From the NCBI GenBank assembly GCA_013815345.1, contig JACDGK010000007.1, positions 1 through 46,325 on the forward strand: a stretch of 46,325 nt of DNA, read 5' to 3'. The notes below the pieces were generated by a model. The model was not told the DNA's origin. It saw only the letters and a program-made list of their open reading frames with translations, and ran no database searches. The stretch is from Patescibacteria group bacterium. Its GTDB lineage: Bacteria; Patescibacteriota; Minisyncoccia; Phycocordibacterales; Phycocordibacteraceae. Position 1 is the first letter of the stretch. The number at the start of each line of letters is the position of its first letter. Below are positions 19,353 through 27,247 of the stretch, piece after piece. Both the position numbers and the translations under genes were made by a program.

Positions 19353-19622
19353 CTACGGATCATACACAGTATGGTCACCAATGTCTAAGAGTTGAGCAAC
19401 ATCTTTTGATTTTCCTGCGTATTGAAAAATTATGCGATAACGGAAATTTACTGAAAAACTCCATTTGCTCCGCAAGTCGCCTTTAAGCTTGTGAACTTTG
19501 AGGGAGGAGTGATTTCTTTGATGTTGAAAAAGCTCAATACGATCTATGACTTCGTCTTGTAAATCCCGAGGAAGTTTCTTCCAGGTCCTGATAAATTCCG
19601 GAGCATACTCGATACTCAGCAT
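19353..19622 (-). CDS. RelE/ParE-superfamily type II toxin (mRNA interferase-like)
   Basis: F.R.WKKL, LKVHKLKG.L...WSFSVN..YRIIF, LLDIGDH..Y. Confidence 0.85.
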   Translation of the reverse strand: MLSIEYAPEFIRTWKKLPRDLQDEVIDRIELFQHQRNHSSLKVHKLKGDLRSKWSFSVNFRYRIIFQYAGKSKDVAQLLDIGDHTVYDP

Positions 19623-19625
19623 GTG

Positions 19626-19847
19626 TTATTCGATGATGGTAGCCAATTTGCGTAAATCACCCTTCAATACTTTTCCTTCCCGGATTTCTTTCTCAGCTCT
19701 CGCCAACCTATTTGCAGCTTCATCTTGTGCAAGAAGGGTAATAGCCATTCTGACCGCGTGAGCTTTATTTGCAGCGCGACCGCTTTTCACCAAGCCTTTG
19801 ATGAACGTTTCTTGCTCGCTTGATACCGGTACCGTTATAACACTCAT
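19626..19847 (-). CDS. Ribbon-helix-helix antitoxin (ParD/CopG-like)
   Basis: 73 aa, ITVPVS...FI..LVKSGRA.NK..AVR.AI; ends 3 nt upstream of the toxin start. Confidence 0.75.
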   Translation of the reverse strand: MSVITVPVSSEQETFIKGLVKSGRAANKAHAVRMAITLLAQDEAANRLARAEKEIREGKVLKGDLRKLATIIE

Positions 19848-19853
19848 AGAAGT

Positions 19854-19904
19854 ACTATATTTTAATAATAAGATTTAGTATATTCCTTACGTCTCATACG
19901 TCAA
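19854..19904 (-). promoter_or_regulatory. TA operon promoter with candidate operator repeats
   Basis: On the minus strand TTGACG-16 bp-TATACT; TACGTC repeated at 19888 and 19897; a second TATAGT sits 6 nt before the ATG. Confidence 0.45.
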
Positions 19905-19953
19905 GAAATAGTCTGAATTGCGTGTTTACAGGCCGTATGATATCGTCTTCTGT

Positions 19954-20658
19954 ATGACTACCGACAATACGGCAGGAGTTGGCGTTGACCGACTTTTCGG
20001 CACCGGCGCGCATTTTGCGCAGCTGAAAAGCCGTCGTCACCCTTCTATGAAACCCTTCATCCTCGGGATGAAGTCACGCGTGGAGATCTTTGATCTCACT
20101 AAGACCGACGCACAGCTTGCGGAAGCAAAACAAGTGATGAGTGCGCTTGCGCGCGACGGAAAGATCGTGCTTTTCGTTGGCGGCAAACGCGAAGTGTCTG
20201 ATCAGGTTCGCGAAACAGCAGCACGTATCGGCCAGCCTTACGTAGCCGGACGCTGGCTCGGCGGCACCATCTCTAATTTTACCGAAATCAAAAAGCGCAT
20301 CGATCGTCTCGCTGATCTTCTTCAGAAGCGGGATTCAGGCGAGCTCGCGAAGCTCTACACAAAGCTCGAACGTATCTACATCGATCGTGAGATTGATCGT
20401 CTCTCCGAACGTCTCGGCGGCATTTCAGAGCTCGCTCGCAAGCCTGATGCCTTTGTTATCGTTGATACCAAACACGAGTCACACGCCACGAAAGAAGCAC
20501 GTGACGCGGGTATCCCCGTCATAGGTATCATGAGTTCTGACTGCGACCTCAAAGATGCCACGTATCCGATCGTCACGAACGACGCCTCACGCGCAACGGT
20601 CTCACTTATCCTCGGCGAGCTCGCGAGCGCCTTTGAAACAGGTCGTTCGGCAGCCTAA
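19954..20658 (+). CDS. rpsB: 30S ribosomal protein S2
   Basis: GAHFA, HPSMKPFI, LFVGGK, RWLGGTISNF, NDAS. Promoter TTGCGT-17 bp-TATCGT ends 7 nt before ATG 19954. Confidence 0.95.
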   Translation: MTTDNTAGVGVDRLFGTGAHFAQLKSRRHPSMKPFILGMKSRVEIFDLTKTDAQLAEAKQVMSALARDGKIVLFVGGKREVSDQVRETAARIGQPYVAGRWLGGTISNFTEIKKRIDRLADLLQKRDSGELAKLYTKLERIYIDREIDRLSERLGGISELARKPDAFVIVDTKHESHATKEARDAGIPVIGIMSSDCDLKDATYPIVTNDASRATVSLILGELASAFETGRSAA

Positions 20659-20667
20659 AACTCAAGA

Positions 20668-20796
20668 GAAAACTCGGGGTACCTCTCGAGCAACGCAGCA
20701 CTGGGGAAGAATATTTTGGCTCGAATAACGTTGAGCGCCTTAAAATATTCGTCGGGGCCCCAGTGCGAGTAGCACAGAGAGGTACCCCGAGTTTTC
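20668..20796. repeat. Nested inverted repeat forming a 129-nt rod-like structure between rpsB and tsf
   Basis: Perfect 20-bp outer stem 20668-20687/20777-20796; 9-bp stems 20698-20706/20758-20766 and 20709-20717/20742-20750. Confidence 0.85.
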
Positions 20797-20845
20797 CTCT
20801 CACTAATATTTTTGTATAATTGTTACATCATAATTATTTTCGACC

Positions 20846-21430
20846 ATGGACATCTCAACTGACGTAGTAAAAGTGCTTCGCGATAAAACCGGCGTATCTA
20901 TCATGCAGTGCAAGAAAGCTCTCGAAGAGGCGGAGGGAGATATGGATAAAGCAGAAGTAATCCTTCGTAAACGTTCTGGTGCCGCAGCAGATAAGAAAGC
21001 AGACCGTGAGCTTGGCGCCGGTACCATCGGCAGCTATGTTCATAATGGTGAAATTGGCGCCATGGTGGTTCTTTCGTGTGAGACTGACTTCGTAGCACGT
21101 AATGAGGAATTTCCAGCATTGGCCCGTGAAATAGCGATGCAGGTGGCGGCGACTAACCCTACCTACGCTACTGAGGAAGGGATAGCTCCCGAAGCACGTG
21201 CGGCTGCCGAAGCAGTGTTTAAAAAGGAGGTTGTTGACAAGCCTGCAGAGATGCAGGAAAAGATTCTTGAGGGAAAAATGAAAAGCTATTTTAGTGATCA
21301 AGTTCTTCTGGAGCAGCCATACATTAAAGATGAATCAAAAACCATTCGAGATCTACTCACCGAAGCATCGCAAAAATTTGGGGAGCGCATCGCGGTTTCT
21401 CGATTCGCACGCTTTTCTACACGTAACTAA
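20846..21430 (+). CDS. tsf: Elongation factor Ts (short form)
   Basis: LRDKTG.SIMQCKKAL, CETDFVARN, IAMQVAA, LLEQPYIKD. Confidence 0.95.
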   Translation: MDISTDVVKVLRDKTGVSIMQCKKALEEAEGDMDKAEVILRKRSGAAADKKADRELGAGTIGSYVHNGEIGAMVVLSCETDFVARNEEFPALAREIAMQVAATNPTYATEEGIAPEARAAAEAVFKKEVVDKPAEMQEKILEGKMKSYFSDQVLLEQPYIKDESKTIRDLLTEASQKFGERIAVSRFARFSTRN

Positions 21431-21855
21431 TGTTCTATTTGCTCCTCCTCTCGATTAGCATATTTGTATTTCTAGGGTTTCTCGCTCTTACTCTTGTCGA
21501 AGTACGCACAGGTACTCGTATTCTCGGAGGCGCTCGTTCTAAGCTTGATATACAGGTCGCGCGCGCAACGTACGTGATGAATCATGTGCGATGGAGTGAG
21601 TTTCTTTCGCACCTCGTACAAAGTATCGCAGCACGAATCGTGCACGACGTGGCGCACGCCTCTCTTTTTATCGTTCGTTTCGCAGAACGGCAGCTTACGC
21701 GTGTTGTTCGCTATTTACGTACGCGCCGCCCAAACGTGCTCGCGCCGCCCAATTCACGCGCCTCGCCACTACACCAGACAAGCACGTATTTGAAAAAGAC
21801 GATGCATGTTCGCCCTAAAGAGGAGAAAGAGAAAAAAGATAAGAACACGAAATAA
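21430..21855 (+). CDS. Hypothetical membrane protein
   Basis: TAATG overlap with tsf; N-terminal TM segment; basic C-terminus. Confidence 0.65.
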   Translation: MFYLLLLSISIFVFLGFLALTLVEVRTGTRILGGARSKLDIQVARATYVMNHVRWSEFLSHLVQSIAARIVHDVAHASLFIVRFAERQLTRVVRYLRTRRPNVLAPPNSRASPLHQTSTYLKKTMHVRPKEEKEKKDKNTK

Positions 21856-21859
21856 AGGG

Positions 21860-21932
21860 AGCCGGGAGCGAGGCTTGAACTCGCGACCTACGGTTTACAA
21901 AACCGTTGCTCTACCAACTGAGCTATCCCGGC
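21860..21932 (-). tRNA. tRNA-Thr(UGU)
   Basis: Reverse complement GCCGGGATAGCTCAGTTGGTAGAGCAACGGTTTTGTAAACCGTAGGTCGCGAGTTCAAGCCTCGCTCCCGGCT folds as a cloverleaf; anticodon TGT. Confidence 0.96.
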
Positions 21933-21936
21933 AGGG

Positions 21937-22638
21937 TTATTTTTGGGTTTTGGTTGTCGTGGTTGCCGTACTGGTGGCGAAAAGGGACGACGGCAAATTA
22001 CTCTCGAAATCGGTCAGTGAGGTGAATCCATAATATTGTTTATGATTGATGACGAACGCAGGGAACGAAGGCTGAACTTTCTCGAGGGTTTCGAGGGTCT
22101 TCAGCGCTCCTATCTTCAGATTATAATCGAATGAGTAGACACGCAAATTTGGATACGTCTGATGGAGATACGAAAGCGCATATCCTGCTCGATCACATAC
22201 ATCTTTGCAGTCGCCGGCATTTGAGTAAAAATACAATACAACAACGGGAGACGTATGGCAGGTCTTCGCGAGTTGCTCCGTGAGGAGATAGTCGCGGATC
22301 TCGAGCAGCGTGTATTGATTCTTGAGTTGAATAACTTGAGGATCAGTCCCCCCGAGACGATTTTCGGTGTACTGAAGCTTATCGCCGAGGTTGCTTACCT
22401 CTTGGGAGAGCGACGTACCCTCGCTAGAAGAACTAATTGCAAAGTCTTCGCAGGGAGCATTTGCGAGAAGTGAATACTGTGTTTCGACTGAAAGCGTGTC
22501 AGTCGAAAGCTGGTCCTCAATGGTATTGAGCTGCGCTACGCGCTGCTGGTTTAGGTAGTTGATCGCATACACCACCGTGCCTATGATGAGACCCGAAATG
22601 GCGAGTGAAAGGAGGATATTGCGGGAAAGGGTCGACAT
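21937..22638 (-). CDS. Membrane-anchored hypothetical protein with a thioredoxin-like C-terminal domain
   Basis: N-terminal TM segment and coiled region; VLYFYS...CKDVC...LRVYSFD...FPAFVIN....GF resembles a Trx fold with CxxxC. Confidence 0.6.
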   Translation of the reverse strand: MSTLSRNILLSLAISGLIIGTVVYAINYLNQQRVAQLNTIEDQLSTDTLSVETQYSLLANAPCEDFAISSSSEGTSLSQEVSNLGDKLQYTENRLGGTDPQVIQLKNQYTLLEIRDYLLTEQLAKTCHTSPVVVLYFYSNAGDCKDVCDRAGYALSYLHQTYPNLRVYSFDYNLKIGALKTLETLEKVQPSFPAFVINHKQYYGFTSLTDFESNLPSSLFATSTATTTTKTQK

Positions 22639-22681
22639 AGTCTCACTTAATCATGGGTGAAGTGGTAAGTAAATACTTTCT

Positions 22682-22825
22682 ACCACAGGGGTATTTCTTG
22701 TTCACTAATTCACCACAAGGATACTTCCAAATTTCTAATTCGCTGCACCGCTCATAAGAAATTTTGGTCGCGGGACTCATAAGTGAACAATGTCTGGCAC
22801 AAGGCCATTTCTTGTTTCCTAACTC
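22682..22825. repeat. Three degenerate 30-bp direct repeats
   Basis: Units at 22682-22711, 22712-22741 and 22796-22825 share CACA.GG..A.TTC......CTAA.TC. Confidence 0.6.
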
Positions 22826-22847
22826 GAGTACTCGTAAGGAAACAATG

Positions 22848-24089
22848 TCACCTCCAGGCACGGCGAGTTCCTGTCGCAAGATCGAAGAGTGCGCGCATAA
22901 GCCAGAATGGAGCGATGAAGCCGAAGAAAAGGACATACGTCACAATGCCAATGAAAAGATTGCCGGGCGTTTTTGAAATATGTTTTCCTAAAAGAATAGT
23001 GGTGACAGCGCCAGTGAGGGTGATGATGCTTAAAAGAATAACGCCGGTGAGCGGTAGGTAAAACCAACTAAGCGCGTGAAAGTGCGGTGTAAAAAGATAC
23101 GAAAGCGGAATGCCGCGAGTCACGAGGTACGTATTCACAATGTTCCGACCTATTTGATAGAGAATGACTACGAACATAAGAATGCCACTCACGTTTGCGA
23201 CAAGACCGAGCGGAAGCATGATCAAACCAAGCGTGCCGTATTTAGGATTTCCCACGAGATCACGATAGTCATATACCACATTACGCAGGAAGCCGGTGGT
23301 CCAGCGAGTACGTTGCTTTATGAGAGCTGGTACGCTGAGGGGAGTTTTGGTGTATACCCGTGCGCGCGGAGCGTTTTCAATGATATAGCCGCCGCGCTGG
23401 ATACGCAGTGCCATCTCAAGATCTTCGGTCTGATGTCCTTTTTGGAAACCGCCAAGTTCTAGCAGCGTCGTACGGCGATAAAAAGAAAAAGGCCCCGGGG
23501 TTACGTACAGGCCATTTAGTGAAGAAATAACATGACGGAGAGTGATGCCGTGAATGTAGTCTGCATGCTGCATTCGCTCGATCCATTTTTTGGGTTCGTG
23601 CACCGACATGGCGGCGGTCACGGCCGCAACTTTTGGATTATCGAAATAGCCGATGATCTCACGCAATGCATCTGGCTCGACGAATGAATCGGCATCAAGA
23701 CAGCCGACAAATTCCGCGTCGCTGGCAGCAGCAGCACCGGCATTCACCGCCGTATGTTTTCCTCCATTTTTCTGATGGATGACCGTCACCTGTGAATTGT
23801 CCGCGTAGCTATCCATGACACGTGCGGTGTCATCAGTGGAGCCATCATCCACGAGCACGAGAGAAAATTTATCTTTCGGATATTCGAGTGCGAGAAGGGA
23901 ATCGATAGTACCTTTAATCGTTTTTTCTTCGTTCCAGCAGGGTACGATCACGGCGACATTTGGCGTCTTTTCGGAAAGCTTTTGCGCTCGGCGCGCGCGC
24001 GCGGGGGAGGAGATGAATGTTACGAGCAAAAAGACTTCAAAGAAGACTGCGATAAAAAGGAAGGGATAGGTGAGCACTTCAACGTTCAT
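22848..24089 (-). CDS. Processive GT2 glycosyltransferase (PgaC/IcaA/BcsA-like), multi-TM
   Basis: VPCWNEE, DDGSTD, LDADS, TEDLE, QRTRW; N- and C-terminal TM helices. Confidence 0.9.
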   Translation of the reverse strand: MNVEVLTYPFLFIAVFFEVFLLVTFISSPARARRAQKLSEKTPNVAVIVPCWNEEKTIKGTIDSLLALEYPKDKFSLVLVDDGSTDDTARVMDSYADNSQVTVIHQKNGGKHTAVNAGAAAASDAEFVGCLDADSFVEPDALREIIGYFDNPKVAAVTAAMSVHEPKKWIERMQHADYIHGITLRHVISSLNGLYVTPGPFSFYRRTTLLELGGFQKGHQTEDLEMALRIQRGGYIIENAPRARVYTKTPLSVPALIKQRTRWTTGFLRNVVYDYRDLVGNPKYGTLGLIMLPLGLVANVSGILMFVVILYQIGRNIVNTYLVTRGIPLSYLFTPHFHALSWFYLPLTGVILLSIITLTGAVTTILLGKHISKTPGNLFIGIVTYVLFFGFIAPFWLMRALFDLATGTRRAWR

Positions 24090-24104
24090 AGTGCGGTAGG
24101 GAGC

Positions 24105-24166
24105 AGTATAGCAAAAATAGGCCGTTTTTTATAGCGCATAATAAAACAGCTCATTTTTGCTATACT
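24105..24166. promoter_or_regulatory. Mirror-image divergent extended -10 promoters for GT2 and pheS
   Basis: AGTATAGCAAAAAT (24105-24118) and ATTTTTGCTATACT (24153-24166) are perfect reverse complements, each giving TGCTATACT. Confidence 0.7.
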
Positions 24167-24175
24167 TGTAAGATA

Positions 24176-24919
24176 ATGGAGAAAGGTCGTCTGCATCCGA
24201 TAACCATAGCGGTCCGCGAAATCGCGGACATATTCGGTCGTATGGGTTTCGGCATCGTGCATGGGCCGGAACTCGAAGACGAGTGGCACAATTTTGATGC
24301 GTTGAATGTTCCGGCTGACCATCCTGCGCGCGACATGCAAGATACGTTCTGGATTAAAGATCACGCAGGAAAGGTCATGCGTACCCATACTTCGCCTATG
24401 CAAATTCGCTTCATGGAAGAAAATATGAAGAAAGGAATACTGCCTCCGTACCGCATCATCGTACCCGGAAAAATATTTCGTAATGAAGCGACGGACGCAA
24501 CACATGAAGCACAGTTTTATCAGAACGAAGGACTGGTCGTGGGAAAAGGAGTGACACTCGCACATTTAAAAGGGACGCTCGATCAATTTTTTAAGGAATA
24601 TCTCGGTACCGATGCAAAGACACGATTTCGTCCGAGCTTTTTTCCATTCACGGAACCATCGGTTGAAGTGGATGTATGGTTTCAACCCCAAAAGGACAAA
24701 ACGGATAAAGAGGGAAAGTGGCTCGAGGTGGGGGGCGCCGGCATGATCCATCCAGCAGTGCTCGAGAACGCGGGAGTCGATTCGAAGGAATATCAAGGTT
24801 TTGCCTTCGGTTGCGGTATTGAACGCTTGATAATGATCAAATACGGTATTCCAGACGTACGACTTTTCCATTCGGGAGATATTCGTTTTGTGTATGGTTT
24901 CGAAGAAAACGTTATATAA
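24176..24919 (+). CDS. pheS: Phenylalanyl-tRNA synthetase alpha subunit (catalytic core only)
   Basis: NFDALN.P.DHPARDMQDTF, RTHTSP.Q, FFPFTEPS, GFAFG.GIERL. Confidence 0.96.
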   Translation: MEKGRLHPITIAVREIADIFGRMGFGIVHGPELEDEWHNFDALNVPADHPARDMQDTFWIKDHAGKVMRTHTSPMQIRFMEENMKKGILPPYRIIVPGKIFRNEATDATHEAQFYQNEGLVVGKGVTLAHLKGTLDQFFKEYLGTDAKTRFRPSFFPFTEPSVEVDVWFQPQKDKTDKEGKWLEVGGAGMIHPAVLENAGVDSKEYQGFAFGCGIERLIMIKYGIPDVRLFHSGDIRFVYGFEENVI

Positions 24920-24922
24920 CCT

Positions 24923-26824
24923 ATGAAAGTATCTCGAGCATGGCTCCAAAAATATTTTGATACCGAATTACCGCCGATAGGGGATATTGCGGAAGCGCTT
25001 ACTTTTCATGCCTTCGAGATCGAGGAGGTAGTGGGTGATGTGATGGATATAAAAGTTCTTCCCGATCGCGCCGCGTACGCGCTTTCCCACCGCGGTATTT
25101 CCCGGGAGATCGGTGCCATTCTCGATCTTACGCTTATAAAAGATCCTCTTGCCGAAGCAGCTCCCACATTTGAAAAGAGCGAGGCCCTTATTGTTTCAAT
25201 AGAAGATTCTGCGAAGTGTCCTCGATATATGAGTGCCCTCGTACGTGGCTTGAAGGTGGGCCTTTCGCCAGTGTGGCTCAAGGAAGCTCTTGAGTCACTC
25301 GGGCAACGCTCGATAAACAACATTGTCGACGCGACAAATTATGTGATGCTCGATATCGGCCAACCGCTTCACGCGTTTGACGCGGCAAAGCTTTCGCCCT
25401 CGGAAGGTACCTATTCCATCAACGTTCGCGGTGCTCATCAAGATGAAAAGATAACGACGCTCACCGGCGAAGACTATGTTCTTTCGAAAGGCACACTACT
25501 TATTGTCGATGCAAATGCAGATGCTCCTATCGGTGTCGCAGGAGTAAAGGGTGGCAAGGCTGCGGAGATCACTGCGCGTACAACCGACATCATTATCGAG
25601 TCAGCAAATTTTGACGCTACTGCGATACGGCTCGCTTCCCAGAGATTAAAACTGTGGACGGACGCGAGTCTCCGTTTTCAGAATAAGCCGTCACCTGAAC
25701 TTGCCGCGTATGGAATGCAGGAAGTCTTATCGCTCATTATCGAAATCGCTGGAGGTGAATTGGAAGGTGTGACGGATGTATACGAGGCGCCGGCGAAGCC
25801 GGCGCCGGTCTCCGTAACACTCACGAAAATAAACGACGTACTCGGCTCCTCTTTTTCAACAGCCGAAGTCGCGAAGGTGTTCGAGAGGCTTGGGCTCTCA
25901 TACACGCATGAGAATGAAGCATTTGTCGTCACGCCGCCATTTGAGCGCCGCGACATTATCATTTCTGAAGATCTCGTCGAAGAGGTGGGCCGCATTTTCG
26001 GTTATGATCGCATTGCGCCACAAATGCTGCCGAGCGCCGAAAGCGTTTCGGACCAATCACGATACCGCGGTATTGAACGCATTAAAGACTTCTTCTCGGA
26101 AAGGGGGTTTATCGAGCTTTCTACTCAAACCTTCGCGCGTACGGGAGACATAGCCTTAGCAAATCCACTCGACCAAACACGACCAATGTTACGCATGAAG
26201 CTTTCAGAAAATATGCGTGAATCACTTCAACGTGCCGAGAAGGTGGCGCCCGGCGTGCTCGGTCCCGTTAAGGACGTACGACTTTTTGAAATAGGAACAA
26301 TTTTTAAATCAAAAGGAGAGAGCCTATCGCTGGTTCTCGGCATACAATTTTTCGAAAAGAAGAATGCATCTATTCTCGCGGAAGTTATCGATGCGCTCCA
26401 TGATGAATTCGGTATCGATGCAAAAGATTTTATTGTTGAGGAAGGTGTGGCAGAAATGAGTCTTGATGGGCTCGATTTTGAAAAATTGGGAATAGGATAT
26501 GAACCACAGAAGATCGCGCTTGGTACGTATCATCCATTTTCGATTTATCCATTCGCGCTTCGCGATGTTGCCGTATGGACTCCAGCAGGAACGGAGGAAG
26601 ATGAGGTTGCCAATAGCATACTTCGTGAGGCAGGTGAGCTGCTCGCGCGCATCGATCTTTTTGATCGTTTTACCAAAGCATCTGAGGGCACGGAACGAAT
26701 CTCGTATGCCTTTCGACTTGTGTTCGAGTCATTCGATCGAACGCTTTCCGACGAAGATCTCAATCCACTCATGGAGAAAATAACAGCAGTGCTTAACGCA
26801 GACGAAGGATGGGAAGTTCGCTAG
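24923..26824 (+). CDS. pheT: Phenylalanyl-tRNA synthetase beta subunit (shortened)
   Basis: MKVSRAWL, SINNIVDATNYVM..GQPLHAFD, DLVEEVGRIFGY, FDX-ACB RDVA...RTLSDE. Confidence 0.95.
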   Translation: MKVSRAWLQKYFDTELPPIGDIAEALTFHAFEIEEVVGDVMDIKVLPDRAAYALSHRGISREIGAILDLTLIKDPLAEAAPTFEKSEALIVSIEDSAKCPRYMSALVRGLKVGLSPVWLKEALESLGQRSINNIVDATNYVMLDIGQPLHAFDAAKLSPSEGTYSINVRGAHQDEKITTLTGEDYVLSKGTLLIVDANADAPIGVAGVKGGKAAEITARTTDIIIESANFDATAIRLASQRLKLWTDASLRFQNKPSPELAAYGMQEVLSLIIEIAGGELEGVTDVYEAPAKPAPVSVTLTKINDVLGSSFSTAEVAKVFERLGLSYTHENEAFVVTPPFERRDIIISEDLVEEVGRIFGYDRIAPQMLPSAESVSDQSRYRGIERIKDFFSERGFIELSTQTFARTGDIALANPLDQTRPMLRMKLSENMRESLQRAEKVAPGVLGPVKDVRLFEIGTIFKSKGESLSLVLGIQFFEKKNASILAEVIDALHDEFGIDAKDFIVEEGVAEMSLDGLDFEKLGIGYEPQKIALGTYHPFSIYPFALRDVAVWTPAGTEEDEVANSILREAGELLARIDLFDRFTKASEGTERISYAFRLVFESFDRTLSDEDLNPLMEKITAVLNADEGWEVR

Positions 26825-26833
26825 TAACTACCC

Positions 26834-27199
26834 ATGGATTATCTTACGATCGACGATCTTCATATTCTCGGCGCACATGGTCACTACGAACACGAGCGAA
26901 AGAATCAACAGGAATTTCTTATTGCACTTCGAGTAGGATTTGACGCGAAACGTGCCGCGAAGTCAGATACGCTTACCGATACCATTGACTACGACGCACT
27001 CCGCACGATAATCGAGGAAATATTTACAGGAGAGACGCACTATCTCCTCGAAAGACTGGCTGAAGATATTGCACAAAAAATTCTCCACGAGACGATTGCG
27101 CAGGAAGTTTCAATTTCAATACAAAAAACGGTAGTGTGGCCCAACGGCATCCCCGGAGTTTCTCTCACGCGAACGAGAGATCGCCAGAATTGCACCTAA
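26834..27199 (+). CDS. folB: Dihydroneopterin aldolase
   Basis: HG.YEHER...Q.F.I, SD.L.DTIDY, LLERLAE.IA, I.K. Confidence 0.88.
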   Translation: MDYLTIDDLHILGAHGHYEHERKNQQEFLIALRVGFDAKRAAKSDTLTDTIDYDALRTIIEEIFTGETHYLLERLAEDIAQKILHETIAQEVSISIQKTVVWPNGIPGVSLTRTRDRQNCT

Positions 27200-27247
27200 A
27201 TCGGTGAATTTTATGCTATACTCAATAGGCAAGAAACGACTATTTAT

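Noticed and set aside
21860-21932. tRNA-Thr as an integration site
   Set aside because: No integrase and no duplicated tRNA 3' end were seen in the window.
22682-22825. CRISPR array
   Set aside because: The repeats are degenerate, two are directly adjacent with no spacer, and no cas genes are present.
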